Shown: piece after piece, positions 18,701-29,426 of the stretch
How positions within the stretch are numbered: the stretch's first letter is position 1
How the letters are laid out: each line of letters begins with the position of its first letter
From: Patescibacteria group bacterium
GTDB lineage: Bacteria; Patescibacteriota; WWE3; UBA101185; UBA10185
Length of the DNA stretch: 64,000 bases
Direction: 5' to 3'
Assembly: GCA_016926555.1 (NCBI GenBank)
Contig: JAFGOI010000004.1
Coordinates: forward strand, 64,776-128,775
Translations under genes and position numbers: made by a program
Notes under the pieces: model-generated
Told to the model about the DNA's origin: nothing
Databases searched by the model: none
Seen by the model: the letters and a program-made list of their open reading frames with translations, nothing else

Positions 18701-19435
18701 ACATTCCATACGGGTGGAATAGTTGGGAAAGATATTACTCAGGGGTTGCCGCGTGTTGAGGAGTTGTTTGAGGCAAGAACTCCCAAATATTTGGCGATCA
18801 TGAGTGAAATTGAAGGTAAAGCAACCATAATTATTTCTGGGGATGAAAGAAGAATTATAATTACTCCTAAAGATAAAGATGAGGATACGGCAGAATATTT
18901 GATAGATCCAGTTTCAGATATTTTAATAGAAGATGGCCAAATGGTGTCTAAGGGGGAGAGGTTAACTGACGGCAATCTTGACTTAAGCGAATTGTTTAGA
19001 ACAGTTGGTGTGAAGGCGACAAAACAATATCTGATTGATGAGGTACAAAGGGTTTATTCCTCACAGGGAGTTTCCCTTAACGATAAACACCTGGAGATCA
19101 TTGTGAAACAAATGTTTAATCATGTAAAAATTGATGAGCCGGGTGATACTGATTTGATGCAGGGGGAACTTGTGACACTGGCAAGTTTTGATGAAGCTAA
19201 TGAGGAAGTCATTGCTAGCGGAGGCGAGCCGGCATCGGGGCATCTCGTGCTATTGGGGATAACCAAAGCTTCATTAAATACAGATAGTTTCTTGTCGGCG
19301 GCGTCGTTTATTCAGACGAGCAATGTGTTGACGGATGCAGCGGCCTCTGGTAAGGTTGACAACTTATTAGGCTTGAAAGAGAACGTAATTATAGGTAGAC
19401 TCATTCCGACAGGAGAAAGGGCAAAATTGGAGTAA
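15767..19435 (+). CDS. rpoC: RNA polymerase subunit beta'
   Basis: Zn finger CYCGK...[26 protein letters not shown]. Confidence 0.99.
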   Translation: MKNLHKLKDFEAIKIYLASSDELLSWSYGEVTKPETINYRTFKPEREGLFDEKIFGPSKNYECYCGKYKGIRYKGVVCDKCGVEVTTSRVRRERMGHIKLACPVAHVWFFKGIPSKMALLLDLTPRNVESVIYFASFIVTKIEGSKKAEAISAVEHDLEKAAGVIQKELEQDIKDIEREIESLKKDKDELKSQEKEIKLRQNIQQMKVACEKKVEESSKKYKLIQKKLESIDLHTVISDSEYLSLMHYVDKFATLEIGAEALQNILANMDLNEVSEQIRDEMERAKGQKAQKLAKRLRVVEQFRCAELSPDRMILEVVPVIPPDLRPMVQLDGGRFASSDLNDLYRRLINRNNRLGRLLDLGAPEIIVRNEKRMLQESVDALFDSSKQRRKTRVTRGKKQLRSLADMIKGKQGIFRLNLLGKRVDYSGRGVIINGSQLKLNECGLPKEMALELFKPMVLREILLRGYTPNVKSAKYFLDTRSPEVWDILEDIVKDYPVLLNRAPTLWRLGIQAFYPKLIEGNAIQLGLCVVSGFNADFDGDQMAVHVPLSEAAKEEARNVMISTKNLLNPSNGTPISIPGKTLLFGVYYITSVDDRLGMPGKVYGSKSEVIYALEVSKEVDLRQTIKYRHKGTIIETTPGRLMFNEIVPESFGYVNKPMDKKSINLMLTNAFESEHPDVVVKLIDDIKELGLKWGTLCGQSVSLADIKTPDNRDEIIKKGRDVVNEIEGYFRRGLITEDESQRQKAQAWNDVISDLDEAVWNNLSDHNPVKILVKSGSTRASRDQVKQIAGMKGLVSDPTGKIVEMPILGNYKYGLSALGYFVGARGARKGLVDKGLKTADAGYLTRRLVDVAQDVIVREEDCGSEEGREMVVGEGTMLQTFSERVAGRVLAQDVKDGRKIIKKSGTMLTVKDVEEIEKANVESIVIRSPMHCKTNRGLCAKCYGVDLMTGSPVRFGTAVGVAAAQSIGEPGTQLTMRTFHTGGIVGKDITQGLPRVEELFEARTPKYLAIMSEIEGKATIIISGDERRIIITPKDKDEDTAEYLIDPVSDILIEDGQMVSKGERLTDGNLDLSELFRTVGVKATKQYLIDEVQRVYSSQGVSLNDKHLEIIVKQMFNHVKIDEPGDTDLMQGELVTLASFDEANEEVIASGGEPASGHLVLLGITKASLNTDSFLSAASFIQTSNVLTDAAASGKVDNLLGLKENVIIGRLIPTGERAKLE

Positions 19436-19439
19436 GAAT

Positions 19440-19853
19440 ATGCCAACAATAAATCAATTACTTAGAAAAGGAAGAAAAAGAAAAATAAAGAAAGCCAGTA
19501 CACCAGCTTTGAAAGAGGGTTTTAATGCAATAAAAAGGAGGCCAAAGTATTTTCCATCTCCTTTTAAAAAGGGCGTGGTTTTACAGGTAAGAACAGCGAC
19601 ACCTAAGAAGCCGAACTCCGCTTTGAGAAAAGTAGCAAGGGTGCGACTTTCTAATAAAAGGGAGGTTACCGCTTATATTCCTGGGGAAGGCCATAATTTG
19701 CAGGAACACTCTGTAGTTATGGTTAGAGGTGGGAAAGTACAGGATTTGCCAGGAATTAAATATACCATAGTTAGGGGTGTTTATGATCTTGCAGGCGTTC
19801 AGAATAGGAAATCTTCAAGATCAATATATGGTACAAAGAAAGCAAAGGACTAA
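19440..19853 (+). CDS. rpsL: 30S ribosomal protein S12
   Basis: [27 protein letters not shown]. Confidence 0.99.
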   Translation: MPTINQLLRKGRKRKIKKASTPALKEGFNAIKRRPKYFPSPFKKGVVLQVRTATPKKPNSALRKVARVRLSNKREVTAYIPGEGHNLQEHSVVMVRGGKVQDLPGIKYTIVRGVYDLAGVQNRKSSRSIYGTKKAKD

Positions 19854-19856
19854 AGT

Positions 19857-20324
19857 ATGAGAGGTAAAAGAGCCAAGAAAAGACCAATTAATCCTGATTC
19901 GCTTTACAAATCTAAGGTAGTTTCCAGAATGATTAATGTTGTAATGCAAGATGGGGAAAAGAGCATTGCGGAGAATATAGTTTGGAGCGCCTTAGGTAAA
20001 CTATCAGAAGATAGAAAAGAGGCGGTAAAATCCTTTGAGGATGCAGTAAAAAACGTAATGCCTCAACAGGAAGTAAGGTCCAGACGTATTGGGGGCGCTA
20101 CATATCAGGTCCCAATACCATTAAGACATGACAGGTCAGAGGCCCTCGCTATAAGATGGATTGTTCAAGCTGCTAGAAATAAGTCTGGAAAACCTATGGT
20201 AGAAAATTTGTATGATGAACTCAAGAATGCCCATGAAGGTATCGGGGATGCTATAAAGAAGCGTGATGATACTCATAGAATGGCAGAAGCTAACAGGGCG
20301 TTTGCTCATTTTGCGAGATACTAG
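19857..20324 (+). CDS. rpsG: 30S ribosomal protein S7
   Basis: EVRSRRIGGATYQVP, HRMAEANRAFAH. Confidence 0.98.
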   Translation: MRGKRAKKRPINPDSLYKSKVVSRMINVVMQDGEKSIAENIVWSALGKLSEDRKEAVKSFEDAVKNVMPQQEVRSRRIGGATYQVPIPLRHDRSEALAIRWIVQAARNKSGKPMVENLYDELKNAHEGIGDAIKKRDDTHRMAEANRAFAHFARY

Positions 20325-20369
20325 CTTGGGGTATAATTTTCAGGTTACTTATTTTAGATTTAATTAATT

Positions 20370-22472
20370 ATGGTTGATAAGACAAATAAAACATATCCGT
20401 TAGAGAAAATAAGAAACATAGGTATTATTGCCCATATTGATGCGGGAAAGACTACAACAACCGAAAGAGTTTTATACTACACCGGAAAGTCTCATAAAAT
20501 AGGTGAAGTACACGAGGGTGACACCCAAATGGACTGGATGGAACAAGAACGGGAGAGGGGTATTACTATTCAATCAGCTGCTACAACATGTTTTTGGAAA
20601 GATTGCAGAATAAATATTATTGATACTCCTGGTCACGTTGATTTTACGGCAGAAGTCGAGCGCTCTCTGAGAGTTTTAGATGGTGGAGTTATTGTTTTTG
20701 ACGGATCTCAGGGTGTTGAGCCTCAATCTGAAACTGTGTTTAGACAAGCGTATAAATATTCTGTTCCGCTACTCTTTTTTGTAAATAAACTGGATAAATT
20801 AGGGGGAGATTTTTTCATGACACTTGACTCTATTGATGAGAGACTGACTAAAAAAGCGGTACCGGTTCAGTTGCCTATTGGGTTCGAAGGGACTTTTTCC
20901 GGAGTTGTTGATCTTATTGAGAGGAAAGCTTACAAATTTGAAGGAGATTTAGGTGAGAAAGTCATTGAAATAGATATTCCCGAAGACTTGAGGGATAAAG
21001 TCGAGGAATACAGGGGAAGGCTAGTTGAGAAAGTGGCAGAATCAGACGACACGTTGGTCGAGAAATTCTTAAACGGTGAGGAAATTAGCGTTGACGAAAT
21101 ACGAGATGGCTTGAGAAAACTGACGATATCTGCGGAAGTCTACCCGGTGTATGCTGGCGCTTCGCTCGCAAATATTGGTGTACAGCTCCTCCTTGACGGT
21201 GTTGCAGCGTATTTACCATCGCCAAAAGATAAACCTGATATCCCAGCTTACAAACCAGGTAGTGACGAGGGATTGACTTTGGTGGCCGACGAGAAGGGTC
21301 CTTTTGTCGCATTAGCTTTTAAGGTACAGACAGATCCTTACGTTGGAAGACTGGTCTATTTTAGAGTGTATTCGGGGAAGGTGTCTGCCGGAACTTACAT
21401 ATATAACGCTACAAAGAATCAAAAGGAAAGACTGGGACGAATAATACTCATGCATGCCAACAAACGAGAAGAAATCTCTGAGATTAAAGTGGGAGAAATC
21501 GGCGCAGCAGTAGGGATAGATGCCATTACGGGTGATACTTTGTGTGATGAAGGCAATAAGGCGGTTTTAGAAGCAATTACATTTGCGGAGCCGGTTATAG
21601 GTATGGTTGTTGAGCCGAAGAGCAAAGGTGATAGAGACAAACTGGCTACGGCTTTGAAAAAATTCCTTGAGGAAGATCCTACATTGAGAGTCAAAACTGA
21701 CGATGAGACTGCGCAGACAATTATGTACGGTATGGGCGAACTCCATTTAGAAATAGTGGTGGATAGGATGAAAAGGGAATTTGGTGTTGAAGTCAATACT
21801 GGTATGCCCCAGGTTGCTTATAGGGAGACAGTGCGAAAGACAGTTGAAACCGTTGAAGGTAAATATATCCGTCAGACCGGAGGTAGGGGACAGTATGGAC
21901 ATGTGATAGTTAAGATAGAGCCACTAGAGCGGGGAAAAGGATATGAATTCGAAAATAAAATTGTGGGCGGTGCTATACCCAAGGAATATATACCAGCGAT
22001 CCAGAAGGGTATGGTAGAGGCTGCCGAATCAGGTATATTAGCAGGTTATCCTATTGTTGATTTTAAAATAACTCTGCATGACGGTTCCTACCATGACGTA
22101 GATTCATCTGAACAGGCGTTTAAGATGGCTGCGATAATGGCCATGAGGTCTGCCCAGAGGTCCGCGGACTCATTTCTATTAGAACCGATTATGAGTGTTG
22201 AGGTAGTAGTACCTGAAGAATTTATGGGGGATATAATCGGAAACTTATCTGGAAAAAGGGGAAAAATAGAGGGAACGGAGAGAAGAGGTAAAGCCACAGC
22301 AGTACATGCTAAAGTGCCTTTAGCGGAAATGTTTGGTTATGCGACTGAAGCAAGAGGGATGACTCAGGGAAGAGCCAGTTTTACAATGGAACCGAGTCAT
22401 TATGAGGAAGTTCCTCAGAATATAGCTCAGCAGATAATGGAGAGTAAATCTGGGGTGACCCGAAAAGAGTAA
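20370..22472 (+). CDS. fusA: Elongation factor G
   Basis: [35 protein letters not shown]. Confidence 0.99.
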   Translation: MVDKTNKTYPLEKIRNIGIIAHIDAGKTTTTERVLYYTGKSHKIGEVHEGDTQMDWMEQERERGITIQSAATTCFWKDCRINIIDTPGHVDFTAEVERSLRVLDGGVIVFDGSQGVEPQSETVFRQAYKYSVPLLFFVNKLDKLGGDFFMTLDSIDERLTKKAVPVQLPIGFEGTFSGVVDLIERKAYKFEGDLGEKVIEIDIPEDLRDKVEEYRGRLVEKVAESDDTLVEKFLNGEEISVDEIRDGLRKLTISAEVYPVYAGASLANIGVQLLLDGVAAYLPSPKDKPDIPAYKPGSDEGLTLVADEKGPFVALAFKVQTDPYVGRLVYFRVYSGKVSAGTYIYNATKNQKERLGRIILMHANKREEISEIKVGEIGAAVGIDAITGDTLCDEGNKAVLEAITFAEPVIGMVVEPKSKGDRDKLATALKKFLEEDPTLRVKTDDETAQTIMYGMGELHLEIVVDRMKREFGVEVNTGMPQVAYRETVRKTVETVEGKYIRQTGGRGQYGHVIVKIEPLERGKGYEFENKIVGGAIPKEYIPAIQKGMVEAAESGILAGYPIVDFKITLHDGSYHDVDSSEQAFKMAAIMAMRSAQRSADSFLLEPIMSVEVVVPEEFMGDIIGNLSGKRGKIEGTERRGKATAVHAKVPLAEMFGYATEARGMTQGRASFTMEPSHYEEVPQNIAQQIMESKSGVTRKE

Positions 22473-22487
22473 AAAGCAATATAGTAC

Positions 22488-22517
22488 TTGAAAAACCCTT
22501 GATTTTCTTTATATAAT
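22488..22517 (+). promoter_or_regulatory. Putative internal promoter for tuf
   Basis: TTGAAA (22488-22493), 18 nt, TATAAT (22512-22517). Confidence 0.55.
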
Positions 22518-22551
22518 CTGGTTAACTATTGCTTGCTGTAAAAACTAAATA

Positions 22552-22621
22552 CCGTCATCCTGGACTTGTTCCAGGATCTTGGAAAACTGCCGAGGTCTCG
22601 AAACAATTTCGGGATGATCGG
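22552..22621. repeat. CGTC-type REP/RPE-like palindromic element
   Basis: CCGTCATCCTGGACTTGTTCCAGGATC...GAGGTCTCGAAACAATTTCGGGATGATCGG: near-complementary termini enclosing two internal hairpins. Confidence 0.65.
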
Positions 22622-22662
22622 TTGGGCGTAAGTATCTATTTATTTTGTAAAGGAAAAGTAAG

Positions 22663-23844
22663 ATGCCAGCAGAATTTGTAAGAGATAAAGAACACGTTAA
22701 CGTTGGAACCATCGGTCACGTTGATCATGGAAAAACAACGTTGACTTCGGCTATTACGAAAGTATTGGCTGATAAAGGATTGGCTGAATTCACAGCCTTT
22801 GAGAATATTGATAAAGCTCCCGAAGAACGAGCAAGGGGTATTACAATCAATATTACTCACGTAGAATATCAAACTGAAAAGAGGCACTACGCGCATATAG
22901 ATGCCCCCGGTCATGCAGACTTCATTAAAAACATGATTACTGGAGCTGCTCAGATGGATGGGGCAATCTTAGTAGTATCCGCGCCGGATGGCCCTATGCC
23001 TCAAACCAGGGAGCATATACTACTTGCGAAGCAGGTAAATGTACCGTCTATAGTTGTGTACATGAACAAGACAGATATGGTAGATGATCCTGAACTTTTA
23101 GATTTAGTTGAAATGGAAGTTCGTGAGCTTCTTACCAAGTATAAGTTCCCGGGAGATGAAATACCCGTAATTAGAGGATCTGCGCTAAAAGCTTTAGAGG
23201 GCGATCCTGAAGCTGTAAAAAGCATTGAGGAATTAATGGATGCCGTTGACAACTATATTCCGACTCCGGTAAGAGAATTAGATAAGCCGTTTTTAATGCC
23301 AGTTGAGGACGTATTCTCAATTTCGGGAAGAGGAACCGTTGCCACAGGAAGAATTGAAAGAGGAAAAGTCACACTCAATGAGGAAGTAGAAATAGTGGGT
23401 ATTAGAGATACAAAGAAAACTGTGGTGACAGGTGTTGAAATGTTTAAGAAATCTATGAAGGAAGGACAGGCCGGAGACAACGTCGGAATTCTTCTTAGGG
23501 GTATAGGAAGAGATGATATCGAAAGAGGTCAGGTATTAGCCAAACCCGGCACTGTAAATCCGCATAGTGAGTTTGAATCTCAGGTGTATATTCTCTCTAA
23601 AGAAGAAGGAGGAAGGCACAAACCATTTTTTAGCGGCTATAGACCTCAGTTCTACATAAGAACAACTGATGTTACAGGCCTGGTTACATTGCCTGAGGGA
23701 ACTGAGATGGTGATGCCCGGTGACGATACAAGCTTCAAAGTTGAATTGATTACACCAGTAGCATTGGAAGAAGGAATGAGATTTGCTATCAGAGAAGGTG
23801 GCCAAACGGTAGGAGCCGGTGTAATTACCAAAGTAATTAAGTAA
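22663..23844 (+). CDS. tuf: Elongation factor Tu
   Basis: [27 protein letters not shown]. Confidence 0.99.
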   Translation: MPAEFVRDKEHVNVGTIGHVDHGKTTLTSAITKVLADKGLAEFTAFENIDKAPEERARGITINITHVEYQTEKRHYAHIDAPGHADFIKNMITGAAQMDGAILVVSAPDGPMPQTREHILLAKQVNVPSIVVYMNKTDMVDDPELLDLVEMEVRELLTKYKFPGDEIPVIRGSALKALEGDPEAVKSIEELMDAVDNYIPTPVRELDKPFLMPVEDVFSISGRGTVATGRIERGKVTLNEEVEIVGIRDTKKTVVTGVEMFKKSMKEGQAGDNVGILLRGIGRDDIERGQVLAKPGTVNPHSEFESQVYILSKEEGGRHKPFFSGYRPQFYIRTTDVTGLVTLPEGTEMVMPGDDTSFKVELITPVALEEGMRFAIREGGQTVGAGVITKVIK

Positions 23845-23855
23845 AGGTAAAGTAT

Positions 23856-23883
23856 AAGGCGCAGCTTTCAGCTGCGCCTTTCT
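23856..23883 (+). terminator. Strong hairpin after tuf (partial terminator or mRNA stabiliser)
   Basis: AAGGCGCAGCT-TTC-AGCTGCGCCTT, 11-bp perfect stem, weak T tail. Confidence 0.55.
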
Positions 23884-23893
23884 AATATAAGTA

Positions 23894-24214
23894 ATGGCAA
23901 AAGGCGGAAAAGAACAAAGAGTAAGAATAAAACTAAAGTCTTATGATTCAAGAATAATAGACTTGAGTGCATCAAATATTGTTGATACCGCTATAAGGAC
24001 TGGGGCTAAGGTTGTAGGCCCTATACCTTTGCCAACCAAGGTAGAAAGATTTACAGTAATTCGAGGTCCACATATAGATAAAAGATCTCGGGAGCAGTTT
24101 GAACTAAGAACGCATAAAAGAGTGATCGATGTATTGAATCCGACACCGTCAACTATAGATAATTTATCTAGATTAAACCTGCCAGCTGGTGTGGGTATAT
24201 CGATAAGGATGTAA
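23894..24214 (+). CDS. rpsJ: 30S ribosomal protein S10
   Basis: [27 protein letters not shown]. Confidence 0.98.
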   Translation: MAKGGKEQRVRIKLKSYDSRIIDLSASNIVDTAIRTGAKVVGPIPLPTKVERFTVIRGPHIDKRSREQFELRTHKRVIDVLNPTPSTIDNLSRLNLPAGVGISIRM

Positions 24215-24331
24215 TACTATCTTTTTTATTGATAATGATAGTGTTTAAAGAAAAAACTTAATAAATTTGTTAAAATAGGGTTCGTTTGTTGAAGCTGGCG
24301 CCCTAGGGGCGCCTAAATTTTGGGAAAATAG

Positions 24332-24811
24332 ATGCAGGAAATACAGGGAAGAAAATTAAATATGAGCCAGATCTTTTTGGAGTCGGGAAAGGTTGTTCCT
24401 GTGACGGTAATTGACTGTGAGCTTGAGTTGCATAACGGGGTGATAGATTCGGAAGTGGCTGTTACGGGGACTTCGAAGGGAAAAGGATTTGCTGGAGTTA
24501 TGAAGAAGTGGGGTTTTAAAGGGGGTCCAGCTACGGGAGGTCAGAAACATGATGCGAGGAAACCTGGGTCAATTGGGGCACAGACCCCGGGCAAAGTTTT
24601 TAAAGGAAAGAAGATGGCAGGTAGGCTTGGAAATGAGAAAGTTACCGTAACAGGTTTACGAATAGTCAAATTAATGTCCGATAAACATAAAATTATGGTT
24701 TCAGGCCCGATTCCAGGTGCCAGAAATTCTAAAGTGCTGATACGTTTGAGTAAGCCTATTGAGGAACCTGTAGATAGTTCCGTGGGGGATTCTTCTGCTG
24801 GCGGGAAATAA
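24332..24811 (+). CDS. rplC: 50S ribosomal protein L3 (short, internally deleted)
   Basis: PVTVID, TGTSKGKGFAGVMKKW, PGSIG, GKKMAG, GPIPG; only 159 aa. Confidence 0.95.
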   Translation: MQEIQGRKLNMSQIFLESGKVVPVTVIDCELELHNGVIDSEVAVTGTSKGKGFAGVMKKWGFKGGPATGGQKHDARKPGSIGAQTPGKVFKGKKMAGRLGNEKVTVTGLRIVKLMSDKHKIMVSGPIPGARNSKVLIRLSKPIEEPVDSSVGDSSAGGK

Positions 24812-24815
24812 TATT

Positions 24816-25439
24816 ATGAAAGTTGATGTACTAGATATAAAAGGAAATAAGGTAAAAGATATAAATCTGAGCGACACAGTTTTTAAGGTTGTTCCTAACA
24901 AAGAGATCCTGGGACAATACTTAAGAGTATACCTGTCTAATCAGCGGCAGGGAACATCTCATACGAAGACAAGAGCGGAGGTATCTGGTGGTGGAAAAAA
25001 GCCATGGAGGCAAAAGGGTACGGGAAGGGCTCGGCATGGTTCTACAAGAAGTCCTATTTGGGTTGGCGGGGGTACTGCGCATGGTCCAAGGGCAAAAAGC
25101 TGGAGTTTATCTTTGTCAAAGGAACAGAGAAGGGCGGCTATGAGATCTGCGATATCCCAGGTTTTTGTGGATAAAAAAGCAGTAGTTGTGGATGAGATCA
25201 AGATAGATTCACCCAAAACTAAGGATGTCTTAGATGCGTTGGCAAGTCTGCTATCATGTGCTGACACACTAATTGTTTGGAAAGAAAAGGATGAAAATCT
25301 TTTTAGAGGGTGCGGGAATATTCCGAATGTATATCTACAAGGTGCGGACAATTTGAATGTTTATGATTTATTGAAGCATAAAAAGATAATATTGGTTGAG
25401 GATGCTGCAAAGTATTTGGAAGGGAAATACAAAAAATGA
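24816..25439 (+). CDS. rplD: 50S ribosomal protein L4
   Basis: TKTRAEVSGGGKKPWRQKGTGRARHGS. Confidence 0.98.
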   Translation: MKVDVLDIKGNKVKDINLSDTVFKVVPNKEILGQYLRVYLSNQRQGTSHTKTRAEVSGGGKKPWRQKGTGRARHGSTRSPIWVGGGTAHGPRAKSWSLSLSKEQRRAAMRSAISQVFVDKKAVVVDEIKIDSPKTKDVLDALASLLSCADTLIVWKEKDENLFRGCGNIPNVYLQGADNLNVYDLLKHKKIILVEDAAKYLEGKYKK

Positions 25440-25732
25440 GATTTAGCAATATAGTAGAAAAACCAGTGATCACAGAAAAAAGCTTCTCGTTGGCGAGTCA
25501 AGATAAATATGTTTTTAAAGTGAATCTCAAATCTGCAAAAAGTATTGTTGCCAAGGAAATAGAGAGGTTATTTGGTGTGGATGTTGTTAAAATTAGGACG
25601 TCTATAAGTCCAGGTAAGAGAAAGAGGATTATTGGGACAAGAAATTTTACGAAAACCCCAAAGTGGAAGAAAGCAACTGTTCAGCTAAAAAAGGGTCAGT
25701 CAATTGATTTAGTGGAGGCAGGAGAAAAATAG
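25436..25732 (+). CDS. rplW: 50S ribosomal protein L23
   Basis: PVITEKS, WKKATVQL. Confidence 0.96.
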   Translation: MRFSNIVEKPVITEKSFSLASQDKYVFKVNLKSAKSIVAKEIERLFGVDVVKIRTSISPGKRKRIIGTRNFTKTPKWKKATVQLKKGQSIDLVEAGEK

Positions 25733-26571
25733 TGATTAAGATATATAAGCCGACAAGTCCCGGTAGGAGGGCGCGAAGAATACTAAAACCCGATGTTGCC
25801 AAAAAGAGGCCTCTTAGAAAGTTGACAAAGGGTCTGAATAAATCGGTGGGGAGAAATAATGGTAGAATTTCGACAAGGCATAAGCAACGTGGCGCTAAAA
25901 GACTATATAGGGAAATAGATTTCCTAAGAGATAATGCAGGAATTTCTGGTGTTGTAGCTTCTGTTGAATATGATCCCAACCGAGGATCAAATGTGGCTTT
26001 GATTAATTATGCTAACGGGGATAAGAGGTATATACTCGCCCCGGAGGGTTTACATGTCGGTATGAAAGTAGAGGCGGGTGATTCTGTTGAACCCACAGTA
26101 GGAAACTGCATGGCGTTGTCCAATATCCCGCTTGGGATGGAGATTCACAATTTGGAAGTTAATCCCGGAGCTGGCGGAATTTTAGTTAGAGGTGCTGGTA
26201 ATTATGCTCAGATTACCGCAAAAGAGGAGAAATATGTTAATGTTAAGCTCCCTAGCGGTGAGATCAAGAAGTTTCATAAAGATTGTAGGGCTACGATAGG
26301 TTCTTTGAGTAATGCCGAAAAAAGAAATATAAAAATAGGGAAGGCAGGTATAAACAGGCTCAAAGGAAAAAGACCCTCTGTGCGTGGTGTTGCAATGTCA
26401 GATCCGAAACATGACCATCCCCACGCAGGTTCTTATAGTACAAGTGGAATTGGCATGTCTTCCCCGAAGACTCCTTGGGGTAAGAAAGCCAGAGGGGTGA
26501 AGACAAGAAAAAGAAAGAATACTAACTATACAGTTGTAAAAAGTAGGCATGATGCCAAGAAGAGGAAATAA
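25732..26571 (+). CDS. rplB: 50S ribosomal protein L2
   Basis: GRNNGRI, EYDPNR, GKAG, VRGVAM, TPWGK; GTG start. Confidence 0.97.
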   Translation: MIKIYKPTSPGRRARRILKPDVAKKRPLRKLTKGLNKSVGRNNGRISTRHKQRGAKRLYREIDFLRDNAGISGVVASVEYDPNRGSNVALINYANGDKRYILAPEGLHVGMKVEAGDSVEPTVGNCMALSNIPLGMEIHNLEVNPGAGGILVRGAGNYAQITAKEEKYVNVKLPSGEIKKFHKDCRATIGSLSNAEKRNIKIGKAGINRLKGKRPSVRGVAMSDPKHDHPHAGSYSTSGIGMSSPKTPWGKKARGVKTRKRKNTNYTVVKSRHDAKKRK

Positions 26572-26573
26572 AG

Positions 26574-26843
26574 ATGGCTAGATCACTTAAAAAAGGTATA
26601 TATGTGCAAGAAAAGCTGATGAAAAAAATAGAGAAAGCCAAATCCGGTGAAACTAGAGGTGTATTAAAGACATGGTCAAGAAGATCTACGGTGGTACCTG
26701 AAATGGTGGGTTTGACGATAGGAGTGCACAATGGAAGGAAGCATATAGAGGTATTTATTACAGAGTCTATGGTAGGCCATAAATTAGGGGAATTTGCTCC
26801 TACGAGAACATTTAGGGGTCATTCTTCGAAGAAGCAAAAATAA
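26574..26843 (+). CDS. rpsS: 30S ribosomal protein S19
   Basis: [26 protein letters not shown]. Confidence 0.98.
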   Translation: MARSLKKGIYVQEKLMKKIEKAKSGETRGVLKTWSRRSTVVPEMVGLTIGVHNGRKHIEVFITESMVGHKLGEFAPTRTFRGHSSKKQK

Positions 26844-26848
26844 ATAAT

Positions 26849-27208
26849 ATGGGATCACAAGTGTATGCGAAATACAAACAGGCTGCTATCTCATCCAAGA
26901 AGGTTGCACCAGTTATGGATCTAATAAGAGGAAAACTTTTAGAAGAGGCAAAAGTAACGTTAGCGTTTGATAAAACAAAAGCTGCAAAGATGCTGCTAAA
27001 AGTATTGAGGTCTGTGGAAGCTAGTGCCGTTAACAATAACAATTTGTCTAGCGAGAAACTGTATGTTTCGGAAGTATGGGTTGGCGAGGGTCCTACTAGG
27101 AAATGGGGTCGTTTTGCTGGCAGAGGCAGATATAGCAGGATTATGAAAAGGACTAGTAATATTTATATAGGTTTGTCAGAAAGGGAACAGGCGAAGAAGC
27201 CGAAGTAA
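26849..27208 (+). CDS. rplV: 50S ribosomal protein L22
   Basis: S10 operon position, LIRGK, VGEGPT, KRTSNI. Confidence 0.94.
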   Translation: MGSQVYAKYKQAAISSKKVAPVMDLIRGKLLEEAKVTLAFDKTKAAKMLLKVLRSVEASAVNNNNLSSEKLYVSEVWVGEGPTRKWGRFAGRGRYSRIMKRTSNIYIGLSEREQAKKPK

Positions 27209-27211
27209 ATT

Positions 27212-27847
27212 ATGGGTACAAAGGTACATCCTATCGGGTTTCGATTAGGAATAACAAAAGATTGGTCCTCAAGATGGTTTGCCGGCAAGAGCAACTACGC
27301 AGATTTGGCTCTAGAGGATGTAAAAATAAGAGAGTTTCTGGATAAGAAGTTGGAGTATGCCGGTCTAAAGAGTGTTGATATAGAAAGAACGGAAAATGAG
27401 ATACAGATATTGTTAAAGGTTTCAAAGCCGGGAGTAGTTATAGGAAAAGGAGGAGCTGGTGTCGAAGAGATAGAAAAAGAGTTGAAGCAGATGACGATAT
27501 CCAGAAAGATTAAAATTACGGCGGAAGGAATAAGAGTACCGGAATTAGAATCCAGGTTAGTTGCTGAGTATATATCTAGGCAGCTAAAGAGGCGTGTACC
27601 ATATAGAAGAGTGTGTGTTTTTGCCACAAATGCAGCTATGGATAAAGGCGCTAAGGGTATTAAAGTGAGGATTTCCGGGGTTTTAAGTGGAAGTAATACG
27701 ATAGGGCGTTCCGAGAAATTTGTTTTAGGTTCTGTGCCACTTCAGACACTAAGGGCTGACATAGATTATGCGCAGGTTGATTGCATGCTTCTGTATGGAA
27801 CCATAGGTATTAAAGTATGGATTTATAAGGGAGAAGTGGAATTATAA
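27212..27847 (+). CDS. rpsC: 30S ribosomal protein S3
   Basis: [30 protein letters not shown]. Confidence 0.98.
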   Translation: MGTKVHPIGFRLGITKDWSSRWFAGKSNYADLALEDVKIREFLDKKLEYAGLKSVDIERTENEIQILLKVSKPGVVIGKGGAGVEEIEKELKQMTISRKIKITAEGIRVPELESRLVAEYISRQLKRRVPYRRVCVFATNAAMDKGAKGIKVRISGVLSGSNTIGRSEKFVLGSVPLQTLRADIDYAQVDCMLLYGTIGIKVWIYKGEVEL

Positions 27848-27851
27848 AAAA

Positions 27852-28259
27852 ATGTTATTGCCAAAGAAAGTAAAATTTAGGAAACAGATGCGAGGTACAA
27901 ATACAGGTATTGCTACTAGAGGTAACTCCATATCTTTTGGAGAGTATGCTTTAAAGGCTGTTGAGAGGGGATTGGTAACCTCAAGACAGATTGAAGCTGC
28001 TAGAAAGGCTATATCTCACAAAACAAAAAGAAGCGGTAAATTGTGGATAAGAATATTTCCGCATAAGCCTATTTCAAAGAAGCCCCAGGAAACTAGAATG
28101 GGTAGTGGAAAATCCCCAGTTGACCATTATGCCGCGATAGTAAAACCCGGAAGAATAATTTTTGAAATTTCAGGAGTTACAGAAGACATTGCGAAAAAAG
28201 CGTTCAGAAGGGCTTCGGATAAGCTTCCGGTGGCAACAAAGTTTATTTCTAATGATTAA
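27852..28259 (+). CDS. rplP: 50S ribosomal protein L16
   Basis: [29 protein letters not shown]. Confidence 0.98.
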   Translation: MLLPKKVKFRKQMRGTNTGIATRGNSISFGEYALKAVERGLVTSRQIEAARKAISHKTKRSGKLWIRIFPHKPISKKPQETRMGSGKSPVDHYAAIVKPGRIIFEISGVTEDIAKKAFRRASDKLPVATKFISND

Positions 28260-28260
28260 T

Positions 28261-28506
28261 ATGAATATAGCAGATGTAAGGAAAAAAACAGAGACCGAAT
28301 TAACAGAAACCTTGAGAGAGGTAAGAAGAGAATGTGAAAAGATCGTAAAAGATATTTTGCAGAATAAGGAAAAAAACGTAAAAAAGCTGGGATTTCTGAA
28401 GAAAGACATTGCAAGGTTAAAAACAGTGCTAAATGAGAGGAAAGATGATATTATGCCCGTTGTTGTGGACAAAAAGCAAAAGCAAAACAAGGAGGAAAAG
28501 AAATGA
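28261..28506 (+). CDS. rpmC: 50S ribosomal protein L29 with C-terminal extension
   Basis: Position between rplP and rpsQ; KKDIARLKTVLNE; start at ATG 28261 (alternative 28252). Confidence 0.9.
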   Translation: MNIADVRKKTETELTETLREVRRECEKIVKDILQNKEKNVKKLGFLKKDIARLKTVLNERKDDIMPVVVDKKQKQNKEEKK

Positions 28507-28751
28507 GTGCGAAAGTATTTAAAGGTACAGTAGTATCTGCAAAAATGCAGAAAACAGTTGTTATAGCGGTTGAAATGCCGAAAAGGCACAAGCTCTATGA
28601 CAAAGTAGTAAAAAAAACCAGAAGGTTTAAAGCTAGAGATGAACTGGGAGTTTCTGTTGGAGATTTTGTAGTAATTCAGGAAACAAGACCTTATTCAAAA
28701 AAGGTTTCATGGAAGGTTATAAAAAAGATCGATTCCGGGGAGGGTAAATAA
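28503..28751 (+). CDS. rpsQ: 30S ribosomal protein S17
   Basis: [27 protein letters not shown]. Confidence 0.97.
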   Translation: MSAKVFKGTVVSAKMQKTVVIAVEMPKRHKLYDKVVKKTRRFKARDELGVSVGDFVVIQETRPYSKKVSWKVIKKIDSGEGK

Positions 28752-29116
28752 TGATACCAGTAGGGGCTGTAATAAAACCGGCGGATAATTCGGGTGCTAA
28801 GAGATTGAAAGTGATTGGTATACCCGGTTCAAATAAGAAATTTGCGAATATCGGAGACATTATTACAGTTGTTGTAAGCGGTGTTACATCAGAAGGGTCT
28901 GTTACAGACCATTCTGTTGTGAAGGCTGTTATAGTTAGAACAAAAAAAGAAAAAAGAAGGAAAGATGGAAGTTACGTGCGTTTTGATGATAACGCTGCAG
29001 TTGTGGTTGATAAAGATAAGAATATGCTGGGAACAAGAATTTTTGGACCTGTTGCAAGAGAGATTAGAGATATAGGATATTTGAAAATCGCTTCTTTGGC
29101 AAAGGAAGTGTGGTAA
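28751..29116 (+). CDS. rplN: 50S ribosomal protein L14
   Basis: [25 protein letters not shown]. Confidence 0.98.
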   Translation: MIPVGAVIKPADNSGAKRLKVIGIPGSNKKFANIGDIITVVVSGVTSEGSVTDHSVVKAVIVRTKKEKRRKDGSYVRFDDNAAVVVDKDKNMLGTRIFGPVAREIRDIGYLKIASLAKEVW

Positions 29117-29120
29117 ATAT

Positions 29121-29426
29121 ATGAAAATACGAAAAGGAGATAAAGTAAAAATTATTACAGGAAAAGACAGAGGTAAAGTTGGTACTGTTCTAAAGGTTTT
29201 GAAGGATAAACATAAAGTATTGGTTGAAGGTGTGAATGTGGTAAGAAAACATGTAAAACCGGGGAGTGTGTCTAAGGAGGGTGGGATAGTGAACATTGAA
29301 AAACCGTTGGATGTTTCTAATGTAATGTTTTTTAATGAAAAACTGAATCAAGGAGTTAGGCTTGGTTGCAAGATTATTGATGGTAAAAAGTATAGGATTT
29401 GTAAGAAATCTGGTGAGGTTGTTTAA
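29121..29426 (+). CDS. rplX: 50S ribosomal protein L24
   Basis: KOW motif GDKVKIITGKDRGKVG, VEGVN. Confidence 0.97.
   Translation: MKIRKGDKVKIITGKDRGKVGTVLKVLKDKHKVLVEGVNVVRKHVKPGSVSKEGGIVNIEKPLDVSNVMFFNEKLNQGVRLGCKIIDGKKYRICKKSGEVV

Noticed and set aside
22552-22621. Possible tRNA or CRISPR repeat
   Set aside because: No cloverleaf, T-loop or CCA, and no repeat-spacer periodicity; better explained as a REP-like palindrome
12453-23844. Inteins or introns in rpoB, rpoC, fusA or tuf
   Set aside because: Protein lengths are normal or short, with no splicing motifs or endonuclease insertions visible
28162-28260. Long N-terminus of the L29 ORF
   Set aside because: Lies within rplP in another frame; an ATG at 28261 gives a normal L29 start
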